Shown piece after piece: positions 9,480-19,437 of a stretch of DNA of 64,000 nucleotides. The stretch is from Pedosphaera sp. GTDB lineage: Bacteria; Verrucomicrobiota; Verrucomicrobiia; Limisphaerales; SIBH01. Under the pieces are notes generated by a model. That model worked only from the letters and a program-made list of their open reading frames with translations. It was not told the origin of the DNA and searched no databases. Position 1 is the stretch's first letter, and every line of letters begins with the position of its first letter. The position numbers and the translations under genes were made by a program. The stretch lies in contig SIBH01000001.1 in assembly GCA_009695285.1 (NCBI GenBank), positions 10,296 to 74,295 of the forward strand, in the 5' to 3' direction.

Positions 9480-10050
9480 TGACCCAGGTGCGGGCCGCGG
9501 TCAGGTCCTCGTCCCAGAGCACGAGGTCGGCGTCGGCGCCAGGCGCGAGCCGTCCCTTGCGATCGAGGCCGAGCAGGCGGGCGGGATTGAGTGTGCCCAT
9601 CCCCCAGATCTGCTCCGGCGGGAGCTTGAGCCAGCGCAGCAGGTTCGCCATGCCCCGGTCCATCGTGAGCGCGCTGCCGGCGAGGAAGTTTTTGGTCGCG
9701 TGGCGCGCGGCATCCTGGGGCGAAACTTTCACCTGATAGCCCCAGGGAGTGTCGTAGATGCCGGCGGGCAGGCCGGCGCCGATGTTCGAGTCGGTGATTA
9801 AAATAACCCCGGCCCAGGTCTTGGCCGCCACCGCGGCGCGGATGGCGGTGGGGTGGACATGCACGCCGTCGGCGATGAAATCCACGCTGGCCCGCGGGTC
9901 GGCCAGAATGGCCTCAACGGCGCCAACCGGACGGGCGCCGGGCTCCGTCTCGGCGGGCGCATAGAAGACGTCGTAGAAATGCGTGGCATGCACGGCGCCG
10001 GCATCGAGGGCGGCCTCCGTCTGTTCGACGCCTGCGCGGGTGTGCGTCAG
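9144..10050. repeat. Intact copy of a duplicated segment (partner, decayed: about 5474-6310 plus 4268-4331)
   Basis: DNA and protein colinearity were read by eye between the two segments (deaminase 5' part plus nagA 3' half). The copy at 5.5-6.3 kb ends right against the stop of the SSS gene at 6315. Confidence 0.75.
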
Positions 10051-10635
10051 AAAGACGGTGACCTTTTCCTGCCGGAGACGGCGGATGACAGGCACGATGT
10101 TCGGCGCATCAGGACTCACCGACATGACGGCGAGCCGGCCGGCACAGGCAAAGAGAATCCGCTCCAGCAATTCAAGGTCGCCCGGCAGCGTCGGACAGGC
10201 GGCACCACCGACGGCCATGAACGGTCCCTCTAAATGCAGTCCGGGGATGTTGACTTCGCGCACTGTCGGGATCGCGGCGGCGATTTCACCGAGGCGATCA
10301 AGCCAGTCGTCGCGGATTTGCGGGACGATGGTGGGTAGAACGGTCGTCACTCCGAAGCGGCCGAGTTCACGGGCCGCGGCCCGCAGGCCGTCGGGACCTG
10401 ACTCGTAAAGGCTGTGCATGATCCCGTGAGTGTGCACGTCGATCAAACCGGGCGTCAGCAGCCGGCCCAGGCCGTCGATGACCTCGGCCCCGGCCGCGGA
10501 CTTGGCCTCGATCCGTCCGGTGGCCACGATGCGGCCGCTGCTCACGAGCACGTCACCGGAGCGAATGGCCTCAGCCGGTTCGACGAAGCGGACGTTGCGG
10601 ATCAGCAGTGGGGGCATGAGGGGAGGGAGCGGCAA
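9445..10635 (-). CDS. nagA: N-acetylglucosamine-6-phosphate deacetylase
   Basis: 396-aa amidohydrolase with the DVHTHG metal motif, HLEGPF, AGAVHATHFYDVF and ITDSNIG motifs. It lies adjacent to the NagB-family gene. Confidence 0.85.
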   Translation of the reverse strand: MPLPPLMPPLLIRNVRFVEPAEAIRSGDVLVSSGRIVATGRIEAKSAAGAEVIDGLGRLLTPGLIDVHTHGIMHSLYESGPDGLRAAARELGRFGVTTVLPTIVPQIRDDWLDRLGEIAAAIPTVREVNIPGLHLEGPFMAVGGAACPTLPGDLELLERILFACAGRLAVMSVSPDAPNIVPVIRRLRQEKVTVFLTHTRAGVEQTEAALDAGAVHATHFYDVFYAPAETEPGARPVGAVEAILADPRASVDFIADGVHVHPTAIRAAVAAKTWAGVILITDSNIGAGLPAGIYDTPWGYQVKVSPQDAARHATKNFLAGSALTMDRGMANLLRWLKLPPEQIWGMGTLNPARLLGLDRKGRLAPGADADLVLWDEDLTAARTWVNGVSIYEKKST

Positions 10636-10649
10636 CCGGGCCGGAGAGA

Positions 10650-11486
10650 TCAGCCTTTGGACAGCACCTTCATGGCCGCCTCAACTGACAGGCCGTTGTG
10701 CACGACGCCCATGAGTGCCCTGATAATCGCGCCCGGCTTGGGATGCTGGATGATATTCCGTCCGTAGACGATGCCCGAGGCTCCTTCCTTGAGGAGGGCG
10801 ACGGTGCGTTCGAGAATCTCGCGGTCGCCAACTTTGCCGCCACCGCGGACGAGCACCGGGACGCGGCCGGCGACCGCAATCACCTGGTGATAAAGTTTTA
10901 CGTCGTTGGTCGGGTCGGCCTTGATGATATGGGCGCCGAGTTCGGCCGCCTGGCGAACGAGCGGGATGATCTTTTTTTCGTCACCATCCACCATGTAGCC
11001 GCCGGCTTGCTCATTGGGGCGAAAGACCAGCGGCTCGATCATGAGCGGCATGCCGTAGCGCTCGCAGGCGGGCTTGAGTCGAAGGATGTTCTCCACGCAT
11101 TGCTCGCCGACCTCGGGTTCCCCGGGAATCTGGAAGAGGTTCACGCACATGCAGGCCGCGTCGAGCCGAAGCGCCTGCTCCACGGGATCGTCGATCATGC
11201 GGCTGTAGAGACGGCGCGGCAGTTTCTTGCCGTAGACGTTGGCGACGTCGATGCGGAGCACAAGGGACGGCTTGAGCCGGCCCGGGAGCTCCTGCAAATG
11301 GGCGGCCTGGCCGACGGTCAGCTGGATCGCATCGGGCGCCGCGCCTGCGACGGTGGCGACGGCCGCACTCATGCTCTCAATGCCGGAGAGGAAGCCGTAT
11401 TCGTTGAAAAATCCGTGATCGATCGCGACGTCGAAGCAGCGGCGGGAAACGGGATGAAAAAGGCGGTTCAGCCGGTAGGCGGTCAT
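10650..11486 (-). CDS. Class I aldolase of the DhnA/FbaB/LsrF family
   Basis: 278-aa ORF with FDVAIDHG near the N-terminus and the IIKADP Schiff-base lysine context typical of DeoC/FbaB-superfamily class I aldolases. Confidence 0.7.
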   Translation of the reverse strand: MTAYRLNRLFHPVSRRCFDVAIDHGFFNEYGFLSGIESMSAAVATVAGAAPDAIQLTVGQAAHLQELPGRLKPSLVLRIDVANVYGKKLPRRLYSRMIDDPVEQALRLDAACMCVNLFQIPGEPEVGEQCVENILRLKPACERYGMPLMIEPLVFRPNEQAGGYMVDGDEKKIIPLVRQAAELGAHIIKADPTNDVKLYHQVIAVAGRVPVLVRGGGKVGDREILERTVALLKEGASGIVYGRNIIQHPKPGAIIRALMGVVHNGLSVEAAMKVLSKG

Positions 11487-11506
11487 GGCGAGGTGGGGGA
11501 AGGGGA

Positions 11507-12895
11507 TCAGGCGTAGCCAAGTTCCTGGGCGGTTTCACCAATGGCTTCGTCGATAAGATCGAGGCCCTTGCGCAGCGTGGCTTCATCCATGACGATGGGC
11601 GGGCTCATGCGCAGGATATGGCCGGCGGGGATCCAAGCGAGGCCCTTGCGGAAGGCCTTTTGGTAAACGAGGGTGCCGGCCTGATCGAAGGGCTCCTTGG
11701 TGGTCCGGTCCTTCACGAGTTCGATGCCCATCAGGCAGCCCTTGGCGCGGACATCGCCGACGATCTTGTGGCGGGCCTTCATTTGCTCCATGCGCTTCAG
11801 CGCGATCGCACCCAGATGCGTGGCGTGGGCCAGGAGGTTCTCCTCCTCAATGACCTGGGTGGAGATAAGCGCCGCGGCGCACGCCATGGGGTTGCCGCCG
11901 TAGCTGCTGGAGGCGGAGATGCTTTCGAAGCTTTCCTTGAATTTTTCGCGCACCGCCACGCAGGTGACGGGGAAGCCGTTGCCGAAGCCCTTGCCCATCG
12001 TGACGATGTCCGGCACGACGCCCCAGTGTTCCATGGCGAGCCACTTGCCGGTGCGGCCCCAACTGGTGAGCACCTCGTCGGCCATGAGGAGGATTTTGCG
12101 ATCGTCGCAGAACTTGCGCAGTTTCGGGAAGAAATCGTCCGGGGGCATAATGGAGCCGCCCCAGCCCTGAATGGGCTCGAGGACGAAACCGGCGACGGAG
12201 CCGACGGTGGCCTTGTCGAGGTATTCGCCGTAGAACTTGATATAGGCGTTGGTGTCGATCGTGCCATCCGGCTTGGTCCACGTCGGGCGATAGGCGTCGG
12301 GGCGCGGCACCATGTGGGCACCCGGGGCGCGGACGGCGCCGTAGACGGACGAGCGGATCTGGCCGAGGGAGACGGCCCCGTAGGTCTTGCCGTGAAAATC
12401 ATTGAAGCAGCTCACCGTCTCGTGCTTGCCGGTGGCGGCGCGGAGCACGCGAATCCCGGCCTCGACCGCGGCGGTGCCGCAGTCGTAGAGCTGGAAGCCG
12501 TTGAGGTCCCCCGGGAGGATGGAGGCAAGTTTTTCCATCAGCTCGGTTTTGATGGGCGTCGTGAAGTCATGCGCGTTCATCAGCTGGCCGGCGGCCTTCG
12601 CGATGCCCTCGCTGATCTTCGGATGGCAGTGGCCCAGGGTGGTGACGTAGATGCCCGAGGAGAAATCGATGTATTCGTTGCCATCGACATCGCGCAGGAC
12701 GCAGCCGGCCCCGGAGGCGAAGGAGACGGGGAACAGCTTCACCTGGCTGCTCAGGCCCTTGAAGTGTTTCGTGCAGCGGTCATGCCAGTGCTTGGACTGC
12801 GGCCCCGGGGGCGGCACCGGCAGGTGGGGGACGCGCTGCAGATCGACGCGGCCCCAGTCGAGGGTGGAGAAAGATGCGGTGGCGGAGGTGTTCAT
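11507..12895 (-). CDS. Class III (PLP-dependent) aminotransferase
   Basis: 462-aa ORF. DEVLTSWGRTGKWLAMEHWGVVPDIVTMGKGFGNG is the class III signature, including the PLP lysine. Confidence 0.85.
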   Translation of the reverse strand: MNTSATASFSTLDWGRVDLQRVPHLPVPPPGPQSKHWHDRCTKHFKGLSSQVKLFPVSFASGAGCVLRDVDGNEYIDFSSGIYVTTLGHCHPKISEGIAKAAGQLMNAHDFTTPIKTELMEKLASILPGDLNGFQLYDCGTAAVEAGIRVLRAATGKHETVSCFNDFHGKTYGAVSLGQIRSSVYGAVRAPGAHMVPRPDAYRPTWTKPDGTIDTNAYIKFYGEYLDKATVGSVAGFVLEPIQGWGGSIMPPDDFFPKLRKFCDDRKILLMADEVLTSWGRTGKWLAMEHWGVVPDIVTMGKGFGNGFPVTCVAVREKFKESFESISASSSYGGNPMACAAALISTQVIEEENLLAHATHLGAIALKRMEQMKARHKIVGDVRAKGCLMGIELVKDRTTKEPFDQAGTLVYQKAFRKGLAWIPAGHILRMSPPIVMDEATLRKGLDLIDEAIGETAQELGYA

Positions 12896-12909
12896 AGGAA
12901 GAGAGAGGT

Positions 12910-13686
12910 TCAGGGTTTAACCGTAATGATCTGGGGCCCCAGTATGGCGAAGCGCTTCAGCGTGGCGGCGGGGGCACCGGTATCGGTGATGAAGATGTCC
13001 ACGTCGGCCAAGGTGCCGGAGCGAACCAGGGCCGTGGCGCCGATCTTGGAGTGATCGGCCAGCAGGCAGGACTTGTTCGCCACGCGCCGCATGATCTTGT
13101 CGACCCGGGCCAGGCGGAGGTCGGTATTATAGATGGCACCGTCATGGCCGATGCCGTCGGCGCCTTGAAAGGCGAAGTCGGCGGCAAAAAGCTCAAGGCA
13201 ATTCTCCGTCACGGGGCCGGTGAGATCGGGGCTGCCGCGGCGAATGACACCACCGAGGAGGATCACCTCGACGCCCGGGGTGTGCTGCAATTCGGAGGCG
13301 ACGGCGAGGCTGGGCGTGATGACGGTCAGGTGCTGCCCATCTTTGAGCAGGGCGGCGAGTTCGAGGGAAGTGGTGCCGTTATCGAGGATCAGGCGCTGCC
13401 CGGGTTGGATCAGTTTGCGGGCGGCCGCAGCGATGGCCTGCTTCTGCTTGCGATGGAGTTCCCGGCGGTCGCGGTAGTCGAATTCCAGCATCATGCGCTG
13501 GGTCAGCATGGCGCCCCCGTGCGTGCGCTGGATGTGCGATTGGCCCTCGAGGGCGGCGAGATCGCGGCGGATGGTCATCTCACTAACGCCGAATTCCCGC
13601 GCCAGTTCCGATACCGACACCCCAGGGCCCCCTGCAAAGCGCTCACGGATCTGGGCCTGGCGGGCGGCGGACGGGAGATTTTTCAC
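12910..13686 (-). CDS. DeoR-family transcriptional regulator
   Basis: HTH SVSELAREFGVSEMTIRRDL followed by a DeoR C-terminal sugar-phosphate sensor domain (LILDNGTT.., GADGI). The start is set at the in-frame GTG 13684-13686. The long upstream extension of the 12910-14973 ORF is the antisense of the next gene. Confidence 0.8.
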   Translation of the reverse strand: MKNLPSAARQAQIRERFAGGPGVSVSELAREFGVSEMTIRRDLAALEGQSHIQRTHGGAMLTQRMMLEFDYRDRRELHRKQKQAIAAAARKLIQPGQRLILDNGTTSLELAALLKDGQHLTVITPSLAVASELQHTPGVEVILLGGVIRRGSPDLTGPVTENCLELFAADFAFQGADGIGHDGAIYNTDLRLARVDKIMRRVANKSCLLADHSKIGATALVRSGTLADVDIFITDTGAPAATLKRFAILGPQIITVKP

Positions 13687-13776
13687 GGGGCCATTGGCGG
13701 AGATATGTGCGAATATGTCAAAGATATAAGAATTCGAACAAATAAAAACATTTACACACAACGCCAGAACGACAGG
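13687..13776. promoter_or_regulatory. AT-rich divergent intergenic region (DeoR regulator / ceramidase-like operon)
   Basis: A 90-bp stretch (..atatgtgcgaatatgtcaaagatataagaattcgaacaaataaaaacatttacac..) of strikingly low G+C between divergent starts. Individual -35/-10 boxes or operators were not assigned. Confidence 0.4.
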
Positions 13777-15132
13777 ATGCTCCCTCGTCACATGCAGCCT
13801 ACCTCTCAGTCGATGGCCTCCGCCTTGCATGCGGGCGCTGCCACCGCAGATCTCACCCCGCAGGACCGGGTCTTTCTTTTCGGTTATCCGCATGTGGAAC
13901 GACTGAGCACCGGGGTGCATGACCGGCTGGAAGCGGCCGCGCTCTTTCTGCGCCAGGAGGAGGACGAGGTGCTCTTCATCGCCAGCGACCTCATTTTTGT
14001 CAGCAAGCAGCTGAGCGGCGATGTGCGCCGGCGGATCAGCATCAAGACCGGCGTGTCGGCGATCGCGATCGCGATCACGGCGACCCACACGCATTCGGGC
14101 CCAGTGACCGTCGATTACCTCAGCAACAGCGCCGACCCGGTGGTGCCCAAGGCCGATCCCAGTTACCTGAAGTGGGTGGCCGACAGCATGGTGGAGGCGG
14201 GCTGCGCGGCGGTTCGGTCCGCCTGTCCGGCCGAGGCGGGTCTCGCACTGGCGTGCGCAGAGGGCGTGGGCACAAACCGCCACGATCCGGCCGGTCCGGC
14301 GGATCCCCAGGTGCCCGTCCTGGTCGTGCGGGCGCTGGCCGACCAGCGGCCGCTCGGCTGCATGATTGCCTATGCGATGCACCCCACGGTCCTGCACGAG
14401 GACTCCACGCTGATCAGCGGCGACTTCCCCCATTTCACCCGTCACTATCTGCGCACGAAGGGCGTGCTGCCGGAACACTGCCCGGTGCTCTACCACAACG
14501 GCGCCTCGGGCAACCAGAGTCCGCGGCACGTCACGCAGGCCAACACCTTTGCCGAGGCGCGCCGACTGGGCGAAAAACTCGGCGCGGCGGTGGCCGGGGC
14601 GATCCGGGGAGCCACTTACCTGAAGGACTGCCCCCTCCGGGCACGCCGGGATAAGGTACCGCTCCTGATGCGGACGATGCCCCCGGTCGAACAAGCCGTG
14701 GCCGCGGCCACAGCAGCTCTGGCGCGGTTTGAATCGTTGCGTGCCGCCCAGGCACCGCGGACGGCGGTGCGGACGGCCGAGTGCGACTGGTTCGGCGCGG
14801 AGGAGTCGGTGGCGTTGGCCCGGGCGGCGGCGGCCGGCCGGCTCCAGATCGCGGCGGACCTCTGCGGACCGGCCGAGATCCAGGTCTTCGAGATCGGGCC
14901 TTGGAAATTCGTGTTCTGGCCCGGGGAATTTTTCGTGGAGTATGCCCTCGAGGTCAAGGTCCGGAGCCCGCATACGTTTGTCATCACCTTGGCCAACGGC
15001 GAACTCCAGGGTTACATCGTGACGCCCGAGGCGGCGGCCCGCGGCGGGTATGAGGCGACGAACGCACTGTTCAGTCCGGACAACGGCCGGCGAATCGTCG
15101 CCGCCACACTCGGCTTACTGGCGGCCAAGTAA
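13777..15132 (+). CDS. Neutral/alkaline ceramidase-like hydrolase (tentative)
   Basis: Coding part of the 13051-15132 ORF, starting at ATG 13777. Motifs are AATADLTP, FLFGYP and ITATHTHSGP, and the C-terminus is ITLANGELQGYIVTPEAA. The family call is from memory of ceramidase N-terminal domain signatures. Confidence 0.55.
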   Translation: MLPRHMQPTSQSMASALHAGAATADLTPQDRVFLFGYPHVERLSTGVHDRLEAAALFLRQEEDEVLFIASDLIFVSKQLSGDVRRRISIKTGVSAIAIAITATHTHSGPVTVDYLSNSADPVVPKADPSYLKWVADSMVEAGCAAVRSACPAEAGLALACAEGVGTNRHDPAGPADPQVPVLVVRALADQRPLGCMIAYAMHPTVLHEDSTLISGDFPHFTRHYLRTKGVLPEHCPVLYHNGASGNQSPRHVTQANTFAEARRLGEKLGAAVAGAIRGATYLKDCPLRARRDKVPLLMRTMPPVEQAVAAATAALARFESLRAAQAPRTAVRTAECDWFGAEESVALARAAAAGRLQIAADLCGPAEIQVFEIGPWKFVFWPGEFFVEYALEVKVRSPHTFVITLANGELQGYIVTPEAAARGGYEATNALFSPDNGRRIVAATLGLLAAK

Positions 15133-15149
15133 CAAGCTCCTTCTCCTCC

Positions 15150-16541
15150 ATGGCCCTCCTGCTCGGCATCGATTTCGGCACCTCCTACTTTAAGGTGGGG
15201 CTGTTCGATGCGACTGGCGCGCTGCAAGGGCTCGGTCGCGTGGCGGTGACGAAGGAGTCGCCCATGCCCGGACGGAGCGAGCTGCCGGTCCCGCAATTCT
15301 GGCGTTTGCTACGGAAGGGGCTTGCCGAGGCGATGGCACGCGCGGGAGCGAAGGCGGATGACATCACCGGCCTGTCGTATTCTTCGCAGGCCAACACCTT
15401 TGTCCTGCTCGACTGTCACGACGAGCCGCTCACCCCGTTGGTGATCTGGAACGACCGGCGGGCGCATCCGGTGGAGCGGGCGGTGGCTGAGTTCGGCGAC
15501 ACGGAAAAGTTCCGGCGCACGACGGGCTTCGCCGGATTGGCGGCGGAGTTTGCTGCGGTCAAGTTGCGCTGGTTCCAGCGGCTCGAGCCGGCCGTGTGGG
15601 CGCGGACGACCAGGGTGATGACGTTGCCCGAGTATTTCACCTTCGCGCTTACGGGCGAAATGGCGGGCGATGCCAGCACCGCAGCTTTGACGGGATTGTG
15701 TTCAGCGGCCAAGGGCGGGTGGTGGCCCGAAGCGCTGGAGTTTTTCCGGGTGGCACCGGATGTCCTGTCCAACCTGCTGCGGCCGGGCTCGCCTTGCGGA
15801 GTAACCGTGTCGCGGGCGCGGGATTTGCTGGGACTGCCAGCGGGGATCCATTTTGCGGTTGGCGGATTGGATCACTACATGGCGGCGATCGGGTCAGGCA
15901 TCGGAAGGCTAGGGGAGGCGAGCATCTCCACCGGCACCGTGCTGGCCGCGCTCCAACTCGTGGACAAGATCGAGCCGGTTCGGGACTGCTTCCACGGGCC
16001 GCACTTTGGCGGAGGATTCTACCGAGTGGCCGTCGATCCTGCGGGGGCGGGGCAGTTGGAGGACTACCAAAGGCAATCCGCCCCGCACCTGACACTTGCT
16101 CAACTGACGGCATGGGCTGCCACGGTCCCACCGGGTGCCTCGGAGGAAACCGGGCGGCGCGAGCAAGGAGACATGTGGCACGCGATCATGGTGCGAGGCA
16201 TGATGGAGCGCATCAGCGCTACTCACCGGCGGTTGCTGCTGCGTCTGCAGACGGACTGGCCGGCGGCGCGGGTGATTGCCACTGGTGGAGGCGCGCGCAG
16301 CAGCGAGTGGCTGCAGATCAACGCGGACATGCTCGGAGCCACCGTCGTGGCCCCACGGTGTCACGAGCGCGCCTGCCTGGGGGCGGCCGCCTTCGCCGCG
16401 GTCGCGGCGGAATTCTTTCCCGATATTCAGCAGGCGCTCCTCGGAATGGTGCACAGCGATAGGATTGTGGAGCCCCAGGCGCCAAACGTGGCGATATACG
16501 CCGGGAAGAGGTCCGCCAGTCTGACCGGCCAGAATGGATAA
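15150..16541 (+). CDS. FGGY-family carbohydrate kinase
   Basis: N-terminal LLGIDFGTSYFKVGLFD (actin-fold phosphate-1 motif) and C-terminal VIATGGGARSSEWLQINADMLG. Confidence 0.85.
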   Translation: MALLLGIDFGTSYFKVGLFDATGALQGLGRVAVTKESPMPGRSELPVPQFWRLLRKGLAEAMARAGAKADDITGLSYSSQANTFVLLDCHDEPLTPLVIWNDRRAHPVERAVAEFGDTEKFRRTTGFAGLAAEFAAVKLRWFQRLEPAVWARTTRVMTLPEYFTFALTGEMAGDASTAALTGLCSAAKGGWWPEALEFFRVAPDVLSNLLRPGSPCGVTVSRARDLLGLPAGIHFAVGGLDHYMAAIGSGIGRLGEASISTGTVLAALQLVDKIEPVRDCFHGPHFGGGFYRVAVDPAGAGQLEDYQRQSAPHLTLAQLTAWAATVPPGASEETGRREQGDMWHAIMVRGMMERISATHRRLLLRLQTDWPAARVIATGGGARSSEWLQINADMLGATVVAPRCHERACLGAAAFAAVAAEFFPDIQQALLGMVHSDRIVEPQAPNVAIYAGKRSASLTGQNG

Positions 16542-16866
16542 GATCCACCATGAATCAATCCCCAACTGCAATCTACCCAACACGAATACGAAGCCCTGGG
16601 GATTTCCGAACTTTAAGGCTACCCCCACTGCCCGCCGGGGTAAACCTGGGCGGTCACCAGATCCGGATGAGTGACGGTCCCGAGGGTGGGCAATGGCACG
16701 TCATCTCGCACGCAGCCGGGCAGAAGATCGTGGTCTGGGGGAGGATTGATGCCGTGCCAAGGCCCCAAAAAAATTCGAGACTCTCCGCACCTCCACGCCC
16801 AAGGCGGATGCTCCCGCCGGTCTTGGCGCCGATCGGCGCGACTATTGTCGAACAACCACCCTGCTA

Positions 16867-17844
16867 ATGAAAATCCTTCGCCTGCTCCCCTTCATACTCG
16901 CCTTGTGGGCGACCTTCGTGGTCTCGGCCGTCGACGCCGCGGCGTATGCCGGTCCCAAGCGCATCAACAAGGCCATCGAGCTCCTCGAGTCCGGACAACC
17001 GGTCTACTACACCTACGGGCGCGGTGGCTACGAGTCAGGCAGAACGGCGGCTAAGACTTGGGCCGACGTCTTCATGTATGACATGGAGGGGGCGGCGCTC
17101 GACTTCACGCAGCTCCGCGAATTCATGCGCGGGCTAGCTGACGGCGGGCCGACCATAAGCGGCCACGCCACACCGGCCGTCATTGTCATGCTGCCGCTCT
17201 ACGGTCTCAGCGAGCAGGTGGTCGTGGCCAATCATTGGATGATCCAGCAGGCGCTGGCCAGTTGCATCCACGGGCTGCACATCTGTCATGCCCGTGATGC
17301 GGGGGCTGTGCGCGCCTATATCCGCGCGGCGCGCTACGAAATCCATCGCCAGGCGATCGGCACCGGACTCGAAGACGGCGTGCGTGCCTTCGGCGCCCAT
17401 GAATTTGCCTCCAAAATCTGGGGCGTGACCCCCAAGGCTTATTACGGTCGGGCCGATGCCTGGCCGCTCAATCCCAAGGGCGAGCTCATGATCGGCGTGA
17501 AGATCGAGGACAAACCCGGCCAGGCCAACACCGAGAGCATCGCGCAGGTGCCCGGTCTCAGTTTCGCCGAGTGGGGTCCGCGTGACACTTGTTACGCCGC
17601 CGGTCATCTCGACGCCGCCTTCGACTACGGTCGCAAGCCGGACTTCGTCGCGCCGCCGGAACTCACCGCCGCCGCCGACCGCGTGATCAAGGCTGCCAAG
17701 GCCGCGCGTCTCCACACCCTCGACAACGCCCAGACCCACGACGTGATCGCGCAGCTGGCCGCCGGCATGGATATCATCGCCGGAGGCTACGCCGAGGTCG
17801 CCGAAATCGGCCGCAAACACACCGGCCGCACCATGCCCTGGTGA
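16867..17844 (+). CDS. HpcH/HpaI aldolase-like protein with an N-terminal hydrophobic segment
   Basis: 325-aa ORF. The layout is INKAIELLESGQPVY .. DVFMYDMEGAALD .. IQQALASCIHGLHICHARDA .. MIGVKIEDKPG .. PGLSFAEWGPRD, parallel to HpcH/HpaI aldolases. The usual D-x-E-H is replaced (YDMEG), so the function is tentative. Confidence 0.5.
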   Translation: MKILRLLPFILALWATFVVSAVDAAAYAGPKRINKAIELLESGQPVYYTYGRGGYESGRTAAKTWADVFMYDMEGAALDFTQLREFMRGLADGGPTISGHATPAVIVMLPLYGLSEQVVVANHWMIQQALASCIHGLHICHARDAGAVRAYIRAARYEIHRQAIGTGLEDGVRAFGAHEFASKIWGVTPKAYYGRADAWPLNPKGELMIGVKIEDKPGQANTESIAQVPGLSFAEWGPRDTCYAAGHLDAAFDYGRKPDFVAPPELTAAADRVIKAAKAARLHTLDNAQTHDVIAQLAAGMDIIAGGYAEVAEIGRKHTGRTMPW

Positions 17845-17870
17845 GAACCTAACCACATATTCCCACCTCC

Positions 17871-19436
17871 ATGAGCCTTTCCACCCTAGACCTCGTCGTC
17901 CTGGTCGCCTATTTTGTGCTGATTGCCGGCATCGGCGTCTACGTCTCGCGCGGCCAGAACACGGCCGCCAAGTTTTTCATCGCCGGCCGCGGCATCCCCG
18001 GCTGGGTGATCGCCTTCACGATGATGGGCACAATCATCGGTACCGGCACCTTTGTCGGCCACCCGGGCACGTCCTACCAAAAGGGTCTGATCCTGCTGAC
18101 GCCCCACATGCTGTTGCCCATCGTGCTGATCTTCGTGGCGAAGTTCATCGTGCCGTTCTACCGCCGCGTGGTGCAGATGAGTGCCTATGAATACATCGGG
18201 CAGCGATTCGGTCTGGGCGGGCGCTTCTACACTTCCTTCGGCTTTCTTGCCGACCGCACCTTTGACATCGGCGTGACCCTGCTCACGACCGCACTGGCGG
18301 TGAACATCATCACGGGATGGGAGATGAAAACGGTGATCATTTGCACCGCCCTGTTTACGGCCACCTATACCATGCTGGGCGGCATCAAGGCTGTGGTCTG
18401 GACCGATGTGGCCCAGGGCACGGTCCTGATTCTGGGCGGCTCATTTGTGCTTCTTCGCCTGCTGTTCGCGCCCGAGGCGGGGGAACCGTTCGCGGTGGTC
18501 GGTGAAGCCTGGCGTGGGGGACGCCTGACGCTCGGCTCGACCGAGTTCACCTGGGCCAGCTTTGTCGACCAGCAGAACTCCACGCTGTGGCTCTTTTGTC
18601 TGGCCTATGGCGTGCAGTGGATGCGGCGTTACATCACGGACCAGCACATGGTGCAGCGCTACCTGATCGCCCGCACGGACCAGGAGGCCAGCCGCGCGAC
18701 CTTCACCGGCGCGCTGATCTGTGTGCCGGTGTTCTTCACGTTCATGTTCATCGGCTCGTGCCTCTATGGTTTCTTCCGGCTGGCCAACGTGCCGGGCCCC
18801 GAATTGGGCGACTCGGTCATGCCCTTCTTCATGATTCACTATCTGCCGCACGGTATACTCGGCCTGGTGGTCGCGGCCATCATGGCGGCCGCCATGTCCA
18901 CCGTGAGTTCGGACCTCAACAGCGTGGCGACAATCGCCACCACCGATTACTTCAACTATTTCTTCCCGAAGTCATCGGACAAGACGCGGCTGCTGTGCGG
19001 TCGCATCATGGTGATTGTCGGCGGGCTCCTGGCGGCCCTGTGCGCCACCTTCCTCATCCCGGAAAAGGGCAGCACCCCGGTCATGGAGCGCGCCATCACG
19101 ATCGCCACCATCCTCTCGGGTGGCACGCTGGGTTTGTTCACCCTAGGCTTCGCCACCCGCACGGCGACCCGCCGGGGTTCCTACATCGGCATGGCCTGCT
19201 GTCTGATCTACATGTCGTGGGCCATCCTGACTGAGCCGGGCAACCGCATCATCAACGTGGGTTTCAACTTTGAGCTGAACCCGATCCTGATCGGCGTCCT
19301 CGGGCATCTCGTGCTCTTCGGCACGGGCTGGATCTCAAGCCAGATCTTCGGTGGCTACCGTCCCGCGAACGTGGAGGACCTGACCTTCTGGAGCCACAAG
19401 ATCAAATACGCTCCCACGAACAGCCAGGCCGAGTGA
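17871..19436 (+). CDS. Sodium:solute symporter (SSS) family transporter
   Basis: 521-aa polytopic membrane ORF with N-terminal ..AAKFFIAGRGIPGW.., typical of the SSS family. Confidence 0.85.
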   Translation: MSLSTLDLVVLVAYFVLIAGIGVYVSRGQNTAAKFFIAGRGIPGWVIAFTMMGTIIGTGTFVGHPGTSYQKGLILLTPHMLLPIVLIFVAKFIVPFYRRVVQMSAYEYIGQRFGLGGRFYTSFGFLADRTFDIGVTLLTTALAVNIITGWEMKTVIICTALFTATYTMLGGIKAVVWTDVAQGTVLILGGSFVLLRLLFAPEAGEPFAVVGEAWRGGRLTLGSTEFTWASFVDQQNSTLWLFCLAYGVQWMRRYITDQHMVQRYLIARTDQEASRATFTGALICVPVFFTFMFIGSCLYGFFRLANVPGPELGDSVMPFFMIHYLPHGILGLVVAAIMAAAMSTVSSDLNSVATIATTDYFNYFFPKSSDKTRLLCGRIMVIVGGLLAALCATFLIPEKGSTPVMERAITIATILSGGTLGLFTLGFATRTATRRGSYIGMACCLIYMSWAILTEPGNRIINVGFNFELNPILIGVLGHLVLFGTGWISSQIFGGYRPANVEDLTFWSHKIKYAPTNSQAE

Positions 19437-19437
19437 G

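Noticed and set aside
16550-16867. 105-aa (+) and 78-aa (-) ORFs in the 325-bp gap before the HpcH-like gene. tRNA- or riboswitch-like structure was also considered.
   Set aside because: No convincing protein motif, cloverleaf or conserved riboswitch core could be read. It may be promoter/leader or gene-remnant DNA, but nothing supportable was found.
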